A stretch of 64,000 nt of DNA from Vicugna vicugna (taxonomy: Eukaryota). The translations under genes were made by a program, and so were the position numbers. Where the stretch lies: the NCBI GenBank assembly GCA_013265495.1, contig MU058636.1, positions 8,453,425 to 8,517,424 on the forward strand. The letters run 5' to 3'. The notes under the pieces were generated by a model. The model saw only the letters and a program-made list of their open reading frames with translations. It ran no database searches and was not told the DNA's origin. Of this stretch, positions 53,040 to 64,000 are shown piece after piece; positions within the stretch are counted from its first letter, which is position 1; each line of letters starts with the position of its first letter.

Positions 53040-53700
53040 GTAACTGGCTGAAAAACGCATCCGCGTAGTAAACTATTGGCGGTAACGAAAGAGACTGAAG
53101 AGAACAAAGCTCGCGGGAGCTTCTGTCACAGACTGTGCGCCGTTCCCACAATGGGAACATTTCAAAACTGTTCTCCGCTGTTTATAAACAGATGACATGA
53201 CTTCTCAGCCCGGCGGGGGAGGTTTAAATACAAGCATTTGATGTAAGACTGGGGGCCAACAACAAAAAGATCACAGTGCCAATGAGTCAGAGAACTTCCT
53301 TTGAAAAATATTTGTGGATGCCTGGAAGTTTTTACTACCTTTCCCATAACATTTTAATCAGGGCTGTTCAAGTGTGCTGTTCCAGCCTATCAATCATGTG
53401 AAGCTGCCTGGGCTGGGGCGCGGGGGCGCGGGGGCGCGTGCTGAAGCGGGCCGACCTCAGATGCTGCATTTAATGGCCAGATTTCATGTGAGAAACGGGT
53501 GATTCTGCAAACAGACCTCTGGTCTTCTCCTTTCTTGCTGCCGGTACTCACACAAAGAATAAATAATCCCAAGCAAACAGCGAGCCACCTTTTCACCTCC
53601 GGCGCCTCCAAGCGCCTGTTAAGGCGGCACCAAAGCTAATCAAGGGATCTGACCTTGGAAGCCTGTTGATGGAACACGGAGTTCCGTGTGGTGGCACCAA
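53040..53700. promoter_or_regulatory. CpG-enriched intronic segment, candidate regulatory element
   Basis: Visible CpG clustering (cgcatccgcg, ctcgcggg, gcccggcggg, (ggggcgc)x3, ccggcgcc) in an otherwise AT-rich, CpG-depleted intron; no repeat recognised. Confidence 0.35.
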
Positions 53701-56700
53701 ATCAATGAAGATAAAGAGAAGAAAAACAGTTCCTCTTTGGTGTAGGGCTTCCCGCCACCCCCCCCCCCACACACACAGTCAGGGAATAAAAAGGTGGTCT
53801 CTAGTCAAAATTTTGCTCCTGTTCCAAAAAAAAAAATCTAAACACAGTTATTTCCCTCAGTAGAGACTCACGTTAAGTCGGCCCCAGAAGGGGCAGTAAG
53901 TTGAGGGGCAGATGCTATTGTCTGTGTCCACTTAAAACCCGAAGATGCAGGTAAAAGCCCCAAGGAGCCACTTTCTGAAGACAGCCTACAGAAAACTGCA
54001 GCCTCCTCTTCCCTCGAGGGCTTCCTGAGACGTATGAGTATCATTTCTGTCATCAACCACCGGCCATTCCAACCCCATGGTCTACACGGAGAGAACACTG
54101 GGAGGAGGTGGCAGGAAAGTCGTGAGGTCAGGGCACGACGTGTCGGTGCTACTTAGGAACAGCAGAGGGAGAGATGAGGGTGGCCTCACCAGCCACCGAA
54201 GTCAAGTGAGGGAGACTCCCAGAAAGTGCCCCGTGAAGATGGGTGACGTCTACAGCAGGAGAAGCTGGCGTCTCAGTTCCTGCCATGCATCTTCCTAGGA
54301 GCTTGGCTTGCTCGTCTTTCTGGGTCTAGCACATCAGGAAAAGCAGACAAACGACGGGACTTGGCAGTGGGACAGCTGGCAGCCACCCAACCACCTGCCA
54401 TCTGAGGTAGCGAGGTTTTGCGATCCCCTGTGGAGTGAGTATTCATGACAGGAAGAAGCTGGGCTTTAGCCACCTCGCCCCCCTGGCCCTGCTAGGGTCA
54501 CAGGGCTCCGAAAGAGGCCGAATGCTGGTTACGAGAGTCCGGGGACCGGAAGGAATCAGACAGAGCTGAATTGCAGACCCAGAGATCTATGCAGCTTGCA
54601 GATACACGGGGCCGTGTAAAGAACACCCATGCACCCATCAGGAGTGTCAGGAGGCCACTCAGGATTAGCCAAAGATGCAGACAAGCAACAAGGAAAGGGC
54701 TGTGGCCAGGGTGCCAGTGAAGGAAAGCCCTTTACCTTTTCCTGCCATCCCTTTTCCCTGCAGAAACCAAGGAATGGCAAGAACAGAAATAGTCCGTGTC
54801 CCTCCTTCCACTCCAGTGCTGGGGTTAAAGGATGAGCAAAAAGATGAATGTTTCCAGGACCTCTAAGCCACGTGTCAGGCTTTTGGTGAGAAGAGGAGGG
54901 AGAGCTTTAAACTGATAGTAAAATTCACTGGAGCCACTTTTTAATAACTCAAAGTCCCAGCAAACTGATGATGCCCATTAGATAGCTCTTGAAGGAACAG
55001 GGGAAAGCTATTTGATAAAGGATGGTCGGGGAGTGTGATTGGAAGAAGTAAAAGCATTTCAGGTTTCTGGGTCTCATGAGTCTCAATTTCTCAATAAAGT
55101 CTAAATCTGAAATCTGAAATAAACATGAAATCAGCATAAAATTTGGTTTCCAGAATTGTTTCTCAATCTAAACTAAATACTAAAGCACTTCAAGACCTCT
55201 AAAATTTCTGAATCAGTCAACCAGGGGGAGAATTCAAAAGCTAAATTTTTCATACAAATCCAGTGATTATTTCTTCACTTCAAGAAACACTGACTTAAAG
55301 GAACAGTGAATGGTTAAATATGCTTAGTTTGAAGAAAACCTTTAAATTACATTGAAAACCTTTAAATTACTAGTTCTGATACCATCAGTTTAACATTTAG
55401 AGAAAAAAAATAGCAGTATGCAATTAAGGAAGTACATGTTTTCAAACTGGGCCAAGGAAAGACATTATGTTAGTCTTAGATTAAGATATAAAAAAAAATG
55501 TAGTACTTGAGAATTCTAGTTCATCTGATCACTTATGACCTAAATGTAATAACTTAAAAATCAAGTAAAAGGTTTCTATCAATGCAGTATTAGACTTTTG
55601 ATAGGATTTCTATTTTGTTCAAAATTCTCCGTGAGAACTAAGACACTGGATATTTATGTAGATAGAAAACAATGAAAAAGTACTCTTCCAAGTCTTTTTT
55701 CAAGTCACCTTTTCAATGGGCGGTAGTAGCTGTTTAATTATATATATATGTATATATATATATTTTTTTTGAGCTCATTTGCTGAGGTGGTTAGAACACC
55801 TTGTCAAGGGGGAGAGTGGGGAAAATCTATAGCCTTGTTTCTTATAATTTCAAAAGTACCTCTTGGGGCTCTTTGAGAAGATGGATAATTCAGGGGTGAG
55901 GCTGAAAGTATGAGTACCAGAAGCTATGTGATCTTAATGCATCTTAGAAGATGCAGAAATGGTCCTCGGGAAGAAAGACTATATATAGGATTGTCTGTCT
56001 CCGAGTCCTCGTCTAGATGCAAATGTGATCATCATTTTTCATTTTACATTTTCAATTTGGCAGGCCTTGTGGAAATGCTCAGATTTGTTCATATCTACCC
56101 TTTGAAAGATAAAAATATAAAATAAATCAGGGAAATGAGAAGCCAAATTTGTTACAGAAAAATTGTTAAATAAGTATGTATGATACGCAAGATGTATAAT
56201 CTGGATATTATGAGCAAACCCTAATTTACGCCTAGAAATTCACTAAAAGCTATTTTTCACAGAGCTCAGATCTCTTCCTCTGACACATCTTTTCCTCGGT
56301 TCACCCTTCTCTTCATCATGCTCAGTGTGCATAGATTTATATCCTAAGTAATTGTGGCCTATTCTTAAGCACACACGTAATAGCAAGTCACTTTGGCAGC
56401 CATTTTGTTTCCTCATTGGGAAAAAAGTACTTCCTGCTTTAATTCTATGATAGCTTTCATCAACATTCTCCTTCTTTTGTGAAAATGTTATCAATGTCAT
56501 AATTTCTTTTTGCTAAGTGATAAGTCTACATTTTGATATCTTGTATACAGCACACTTGTTTTTTTTTTTTTTTGCAGGAGAATAAGCTATGACATTAGTT
56601 TGATTTTTACAATTGAGTTATAATGGATTCTGTGGAAAAATCCAAACTAGTTTTGGGAAGGCCTTAAAAATTAGCATTCCAAAGTATTTCCCCCCACATT

Positions 56701-57033
56701 TTTCTCCATAGTATCTCCAGAAAGAAATGACATCTATTTGAGATAAATCTTCTACTATAATTTAGATGAATTCTCATAAAACACATTATACATGTAACAT
56801 GCCATATTTAGTTTCCATGTAAATTTTATGGACAAAGAAACTTCTCACATGAATATTATAGTCATTTCATATCCTTAGGATTATATGTTAAAATCAAACC
56901 CTAATAAAGAGCCTCAGGGTCATGGCACAACAGAAAATAGAAGTAATTTTGTCTCTAATCTGGCTTCAGGATTCCTTTAATCCATCATTCTGTCTTTCCA
57001 CGGACATTCTCTTTCCAGACAATTGAAAAGTAA

Positions 57034-57146
57034 GGGGGTGGGTATAGCTCAGTGCTGGGGGGGAGGGTATAATTCAGTGGTAGACCGTGTGCTTAGCGTG
57101 TGTGAGGTCCTGGGGTCAATCCCCAGTACCTCCATTAAAAAAAAAG
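57034..57146 (+). mobile_element. tRNA-derived camelid-type SINE with a duplicated head
   Basis: gggggtgggtatagctcagtg-ct-ggggggagggtataattcagtggtagaccgtgtgcttagc...gaggtcctggggtcaatccccagtacctccatt(A)10; TSD aaaagta at 57026-57032 and 57143-57149. Confidence 0.88.
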
Positions 57147-57340
57147 TATAGCTCTGTTATCAGGCCCATATGCATGCTAGATAAAGCTATTATTTTACTT
57201 TTTACTCTACTCCAAATGGGTAATTTGACAGTCTGAGAGGTAAACTGGTGCCTATCTGTCTAGAATCTACCTTCCTAATGAGAGAATTCACTGAATTATC
57301 TGTGATTAGTTTTCTCTGTTGCCTTAAACTGTATATCTCA

Positions 57341-57705
57341 TATTTTAAATCCAAAAAAAAAAAAAAAAGGAAAAAAGAGGACACCATGAACTCATCTACA
57401 AAACAGAAACAGACTCACAGATATAGTAAACAATCTTATGGTTAGGGGGAAAAGGGTTCAAAAGGGATAAATTTGGGAGTTTGAGATTTGCAAATGTTAA
57501 CCACTATATATAAAAATAGCTGAAAAAACAAATTTCTTCTGTATAGCACAAGAAACTATAGTCAATATCTTGTAATAACCTTTAATGAAAAATATGAAAT
57601 GAATATATGTATATATAAGCATGACTGGGACATGCTGTACACCAGAAATCGACACATTGTAACTAACTATACTTTAATTTAAAAACCAACCAACCAACAA
57701 ACAAA
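57341..57705 (+). mobile_element. Camelid-type L1 3' UTR insertion with 15-bp TSD
   Basis: gaactcatctacaaaacagaaacagactcacaga...ctgtatagcacaagaaactat...ccagaaatcgacacattgtaact; TSD aaactgtatatctca (57326-57340) versus aaactgtttatctca (57706-57720), one mismatch. Confidence 0.88.
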
Positions 57706-57899
57706 AAACTGTTTATCTCAAGATGACCAAAATCCTAGGCTTGATCCCTGAATGAGGCTTTTAAATTTCTTTGCTTATATGCTAAAGTCAATACCGACAG
57801 CAAACATTTGCAAGAAGCTCTCTTGAGGTGGTCTGATGGGAGAAAAGAAGGGCTGATAACCTTCAATACAAGAAAGTCTGAAGGGAAGACAATTCAAAA

Positions 57900-58510
57900 A
57901 GGCCTGTAGGAGATGAGCTAAGATTTATCAATGACACCACAGCGGAAGAATATAAGGACCATTGTAGACTCTCTTCTAAAGATACCAGATTCAATAGACT
58001 TCAATTGATAAAGTCAAAAAGATGTTGAACTTCAACAGGAAAGATGATGAAAATGACATAGAAACATTCTTCTGCCACTGTACTAAATTGTAAAGTATCT
58101 GGATCCATCTGTAATGCTGAGTAAGTTCTTATTGTTGAAACACAGCAAAGTATACAAAGTAGAAATTCACAAGCAAAACCATACTTCCTCAGAGAAAGGG
58201 ACTGATCTGAGAAAATTAGCTTTAAAGTTAGAAAACTTGTCTCTTCAGAAAAAGTGAAAATGAATGACATAAATATATCAAACAGATAAAGCGAAAGTCT
58301 TGTCAGGATAAACAAAAGGAGAGGTAGCAAAGTAATCATTTCTCTTAAATCATAGTATCAGAGGTCTGGGAAACATCTGAAAACGGAAGGAAAGGAAATT
58401 TAGTAAAATGAAAAAAAGTATTTCTTTACAAACCAAGTACCTCACAGAGGTGACATGGGTTGAAAATCTAGGTTGGTTCAAGAACACTTGAGAAAAAACC
58501 ATGGTTAGAG
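57900..58510 (+). mobile_element. Very old CR1/L3-clade LINE remnant (RT C-terminal region and 3' end)
   Basis: aaagtcaaaaagatgttgaacttcaacaggaaagatgatgaaaatgacatagaaacattcttctgccactgtac resembles the decayed CR1 motif KAN-MLG-I-KGIENK-E-IILPLYK; ggttcaagaacacttgagaaaaaaccatg resembles the CR1 tail. Confidence 0.45.
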
Positions 58511-61078
58511 CGTCAGTCTTTCTTTGGGAAAATTAACATGATGAGGGAAACACAAGCTACACCCTTCTCTAAAAGTCGTCCATCTTGTTATCCTAAATCT
58601 AGATGGTCTGTGAAGGGACCATAAAGTGCATGGTCATTTACTGTAACAGACAGCAGGACCAAGCGAGGCGATGGAGAAGGTTCATTAGCGGAGTCATCAA
58701 ATCAGCCCTTGCCTTTTCAAGTCTATCACACTTTTGGTAAAAGGTTAAAGGATTCCCACCCTGTTGTCTTCAGCCCTCCTCTCTTCGCCCATCCCCTTTC
58801 CCTCCAACACAAAGACCAGTTTTCTCTGTGCTATTAACACGAGGTCCCCAGTACAGGATAACGGGACCCAGTGGGACTTAAGAAGTCATCACTGACTCTT
58901 TCATTTTATTGATGAAAACAGAAAATCCTGAGAGATTGTGACCACTCATAATTTAACAGTCTGGCAGCTGCAGAACTTGGGCATGGGTTCAAACCCAGGG
59001 CTTTTTCTGCTATAGCCAAATAATATACAGAATACCCTTTATACTCATGGCTCTAGCAAAGGACTTAGAACTCGTCTTAGACATGAAGCATTCAGAATCC
59101 GCCAGGCTTGATGGATAATATAACTGTTTTGACAGATCTACTTGACATAGAAACATTCTTTTCCTCACTCTCTGTTATTTAAGCCTGATGATCATTCATA
59201 TGTATTTTTTTTATTCTAAAACGTTCCCAGATAAATTAACTCACTGAAGTCAGGATATCTACGGAAAAGGTTGCCTTTAGCAGATATTTCTTTTGGCTGG
59301 AATTATAATTCTCACAATTAAATTTATACCTTATTTAACCATTCAGCGGTGATTTAGATAAGATTTCTTCTAGCCAACTTTCACGGAAGATTCTGTTACA
59401 AGTTCTGCATGTAGGAGGCAGCCAATGACTGTTGTACTTGTATGAATTATTCAAGGTTTGGAGCTTCTATTTTTAACATTATTTACCATTTTCTGATATC
59501 AAATCATGTATCTCATTGTTTATTACCCATTTCTTCTAATAAAATTTAACCTTCACAAAGGCAAGGGCTATTTTCTTTTTTTTTCTCTCATTTAAAAGAA
59601 ACTTCTATTTTACTATTGCCTTGCACTGACCTTACTACGTAGAAAGTACGCTGCATATTTTCATTGACTACATAAAGAAAAGACCAAAAATGCTATATTT
59701 GTTTATGCTGTATTATATTTATAGCATTTTCCAAAATGAAATAGTCTGTATTTCATTTGGGACACCAGGATTTGTAGACTTTCAATGTAAGTTATCCATG
59801 ATGGGAAATTCAGCCTTAAAATGCCTCCTTCAGAATTGTTCGCAAGAAATCGTCTATGAAGAAAACTCAATGAAGAACATTCCTCATGTGAGATATTCAC
59901 TCTAAATGGGAACAGGCAGGGGATTTTTATGTTTAATATCAATTGCTAGGTCATGGTTATTTTATTCAAAAAAGCCATTTACGGATTGTCCCTGCCTCCC
60001 TTCTCTGTTAAGCAGGATCACGCTTTGTGTGCTTCAGACTAGTGAGTGTGCACTCTAATTCAAAGTTCACTTGAGAAAATTTTTATTTTTTAAGAACTAT
60101 TTATAAAATATCAAGCCTTGTTCCTATGAACTTTTCTTACGGTCAGTACTTACAGAATTTATCATCTTTAAAAAGCGTCTCTATCTCAGATTCAGATACT
60201 GCCCTTTTCTTCTGCCTTTTCCTCGTTTTATCATCTCTCCGGCTGTTCTGACCGTTAACCCAAACTGATCTTCTGTGAATCAGGAAATCTGGCACATGTT
60301 TCCTAATTAGTAAGTGATGAGGTGGACATGGTACCAGAGAGGTTTAAAATGATGGGCTAAATTGAGAAAACGTGATTTCTCAGCAAACCGCGGAAGGATA
60401 GAAGAGAGAATAATTCAAATGTAAATTTTAACTCTGGCTACAATAACAAAAGGAGAGGAGACCAAGGGTTTAAGCAGCTGCCTTGAGGTTTTCTACCTTA
60501 CCATGATTTGCTGCAGATCCAAAACAATTTTCTTGCTATGAAAAGAACATGGAGCGATTGGAGGATGTCCTACTGTTTAACTTCCTATTATTTTGATTTC
60601 ATATCTAGTTTCAAAGATAAACTTAAATGGATTAAGTTAAAAAAATGGTTACGGTTACTTTATGCATGGAATCACCCATTTTGCAGAGTGATTTGTGCTT
60701 GTCTTTTAGAGGGTCTATCTATCAAAAAAAAATTAGACTAATTATTACACATGGCTAATGAGACATGTTGAAAGGTCTTAAAGAGAAACGTACAAAACAA
60801 ACAAACATACAAACAAAAAACACCTAACAGATAATCATTCACGGGACCCAGAGTCATTCAAATCTAAGGTTACGTTTCATAGGCCGCATCTGGGGGCAGG
60901 TCTACCACAGCTTGGAAAGGATTTATTTAGCTTTGAGGATTAGGTCTTGAAGCTATAACGGTCAGACCCTGTTTTAGGTATTCCTATGTCCCAAACGTTA
61001 GTGGTTATTCTTTTCTGAGCAACACAATTCCATGGCAGCAACACGTGTTTATTATATTTTCTATAGTATCACATTTAC

Positions 61079-61415
61079 CCAGGACCCACGGTAATATCAT
61101 CCACTCCACGATGGTTGGTGGTGGACCTTGCCTGTTCAAGTCTGACCTGTCGATGTGCTGAGAGGCAAGCAGCAGCAGGAACAGAAAAGTCAAATAGGAG
61201 GCGGTGTGGCAGATGAACTTGATAAATGGCTTTCTGATGAACAGTCCAAGGGGGCTTTTGGGAGCTATAAGGTAGCACACAGAGAAGACAGGAAAAAGAA
61301 GTCCTATTATGAAACACGTCACCATCTTCACGGCCCAGTGTCTTCTCCTCCAGCCGGGGAATTCGTCGTACCAGCGGGATGCCAGCAGCTGTTGACAGTT
61401 GGGCTGAGCGACAAA
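61079..61415 (-). CDS. TRPC4: TRPC4 coding exon (about exon 4 in human numbering): [35 protein letters not shown]...[16 protein letters not shown]; pre-S1, S1, start of S2
   Basis: 337 nt; acceptor tgtag|TTT, donor G|gtaaat; the ORF track covers only part of it. Confidence 0.97.
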
Positions 61416-61929
61416 CTACAGAGAGAGGAACAGGGAGAGTCAGCGTTACCCGCAGGGGCTCCAGTTCAGCGACAAAAACACAGAGGTCTCAGTAAACTCG
61501 GAAGTTCTGTTTGAAAGAGTTTTGCGTTTAAACGATCATAAGGTGCCTGAAGTCGTTCCGAGAATAAAGCCCACTTATGGAACATTTTAAGACCCCAGGC
61601 AAAGTGCTATGTGCTCATCCAGACTCGACAGGTGTCAAAATACTAGGGCTGCACCTTAGGAAGCAAAAATAGAGCTGAGAACAGAATATTCATAGGATGT
61701 GTCCGTAAGTGAACAAAGCTTGTGCAACAATACACACATATATGTACATATCTAAGAATTGTGGCATATATGACATTCATGTAAAAAAAATGTGAGTAGT
61801 TATTTCTTGGTTTACTGGTTATTCTCCGGTTATGACATTTATCTTTTTTTCATTTTTATACTTGGTGTATATTTGATATTTTCTCTGATAAACACTACTG
61901 TCTCTATCAGAAAAAGTAAATGTACTGTT

Positions 61930-62057
61930 TTTTGCAGAGTAATTTGGTTTACTTATTTATGCATTTATTTATTTATTTAATGGAGGCACTGGGGATTGAA
62001 CGCAGGACCTCGTGTGTGGTAAGCACTCACCCTACCACTGAGTTGTAACTTCCCCCC
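61930..62057 (-). mobile_element. tRNA-derived camelid-type SINE
   Basis: tttatttaatggaggcactggggattgaacgcaggacctcgtgtgtggtaagcactcaccctaccactgagttgtaacttcccccc. Confidence 0.85.
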
Positions 62058-64000
62058 ATTAATTGGATTGGGGCAACGAGTCAAGCGCACATGAAAGCAT
62101 GTTAGGGTTACCAGGGTGTGAATCCTTGGAGCTGAGTTTGGGGGAAATAAAACAAATACCTTACAAGTATAATCAGTTACCACATACAAAACATTTCAGG
62201 GACATGACATCATTTTTATCCTTTTTGAGGGTGTAGACTTACTCTACCTTAAGGACGAGGATAGAGAGAGTTACTAGAGTGTGTAAATATATTCAAGAAG
62301 TAATATATGATGATGATGATGAAGCAAATGATGAAGTGTATGGCTACCTGATCTGGGATTTTTTCCTGCACATTATCTTTCTCATTGAGACTGACAGCCA
62401 AGCATTATATAAATTCAGAGGGAGTTTTCTCTTCCAGATGGGATGGTCCGAAAATGCTTCCCAGTGGGTCTACACTAAACATGGGCAGATTTGTATAAGC
62501 CGAGAAGAAAGGGGAAGGCAAGGCATGTCGGGAGAGAGGGAACAGAGGTTGGGGAGAAGGTGCACAGGGTGCTGAAAGGATGCCCTCAGGGGATTTCAGA
62601 CTGCAGTAGATGCTTTAGTCCTTTGTAAGGGACTCAAGAAAGTTCTGTTGGTGTCAAAAATCGGCCCACCCCAGAAGCAAACCGAACATCTGCCCCTTTC
62701 ATAGGACTCCCCTGTCCCCTCAATATTTCTCATTGTTCTTCTTCACTCTTGGTTTTTATGGATCTCCCATAGGTAACCCTTTTCTTTTCTGATAGCAATC
62801 AAGCAAACAGCCCCTGGGTACACAGAAAGTGGCTTGATTATCATTAAAAAAAAAAAGGTATTTGAAAGTGGAAGGAGAGATGAGGCAATGGATTAAAACA
62901 GCAGTTCCACGGCTGAGATGTGGAACCACACGAACTGGACATGGAATGATTTCTTGTGCGACTGTTTCTCTTCATCTTGTCTTAGAGAGTCTGTTCATTA
63001 AAAGACACTGTGGGCAAAAAAAGATGGGTACATTGAAGTAACTTTACATCAATAGGTTAAGCAAATACAGCTAGACAAAACAAAACTGCATTTCTTCAAG
63101 GCTGGGGTGAAGGGGCTCTCTTCACTACTTAGTAAGTAATTTATTAAAGTAAGTGACAAGCTCCAATGCTGGTAAAGTTAAATTTCATAATCCAAAGAAG
63201 CGCTTCTCTTAATACCCTCTTTGCCTTTTAGTTTGGTCAAAGTCACGTGTTTGAAGGTCAGTCAGGGCTGCTGCTGATACACCTGCAGAGCATCAGCAAA
63301 GGGAGACACGGGGTGTTAGCACGTCCTGTCCTCTTGGAGTTGGTTCCCCTCCCCTCCCGACACACACACCATCTTCATGTCGGCACTTTATTATCAGAGC
63401 ATAATCTACCATCTTTTTCCTGGTTTTCATATGAAGCTTTATTTTATTTATTTTTTTTTACGGTATTCTTCATTAGAGTTTAGCACAGGGGAAAGGTCCT
63501 AATAGAAGGGAGTTAACAAAGCCTACGGAAAATGCAAGATTTAACGAGCAGTTGCTACATCTCATCAATTCTCAGAAACTGAAGGGCACTGTAAGAAACT
63601 GAGCATAAACAACACTGTTCATACAGGCAGAAAAAGTCAAAGGAAGGTTATGTACCTCATTCCACATGGTCTGGGTGAATTTGAGGACTAACATACTCTG
63701 ACCTTCCTGGCCCAAATCTCATTAAAGCATGAGACACCCCAAGGCAATTCAGCAAATAACTTTATTGGGAGCACTTAAGGGTTGCTTGGATAGGTATTTC
63801 TGCTCTGTCTATACACACATATAGGCTGTGTGAAATTACCTAGAAGCAGCAAATCATTTAATCCCCACAGAACACCTGCCATTGTCAACCCCTCAGTCAG
63901 CTTTAATTTTCACTGACACTTTTTCTCAAAAGACCTTTTTCCTTAATTACCGAAAAGTACACGTCTGTGCTTAGTAAATGAACCGTGTACACAATTTTTT

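Noticed and set aside
55334..55370. Tandem duplication of gaaaacctttaaattac (20-bp period)
   Set aside because: Simple two-copy slippage duplication with no functional hint.
58054..59160. Exact 18-mer tgacatagaaacattctt at 58054-58071 and 59143-59160
   Set aside because: Looks like a TSD, but the 1.07-kb interval has no poly(A) tail or coherent element and the first copy sits inside a CR1-like remnant. Treated as chance or a small templated copy.
61155..61514. 119-aa plus-strand ORF overlapping exon 4
   Set aside because: Antisense shadow of the TRPC4 coding exon; no recognisable protein features.

Overview
This is mammalian genomic DNA, most likely from a camelid (alpaca/llama/camel); that is inferred from the tRNA-derived SINEs and young L1 3' ends, which I recognise from memory as camelid families. 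The window holds the 3' two-thirds of TRPC4 (short transient receptor potential channel 4) on the minus strand. There are eight coding exons (61415-61079, 48212-48073, 39001-38688, 34309-34114, 30684-30490, 19489-19448, 19322-19233, 17570-16857). All have GT-AG boundaries and compatible phases, and together they give 675 codons plus a stop, running from pre-S1 through the LFW pore motif and EWKFAR TRP box to the PDZ-binding VTTRL end. The 3' UTR and repeat-rich flanking DNA fill positions 1-16856. The introns carry L1, L2, CR1-like, MIR, SINE, hAT and LTR remnants, including a dense LTR cluster at about 22.0-24.3 kb. The most notable observation is in the last exon: both splice sites of the in-frame exon-internal intron that makes the TRPC4-beta isoform in human and rodents appear destroyed (donor GT>GC, acceptor AG>GG), so this lineage may express only TRPC4-alpha. 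I found no convincing novel protein-coding gene or prokaryote-type system. Repeat family names and comparisons to human TRPC4 come from memory, not a database search.
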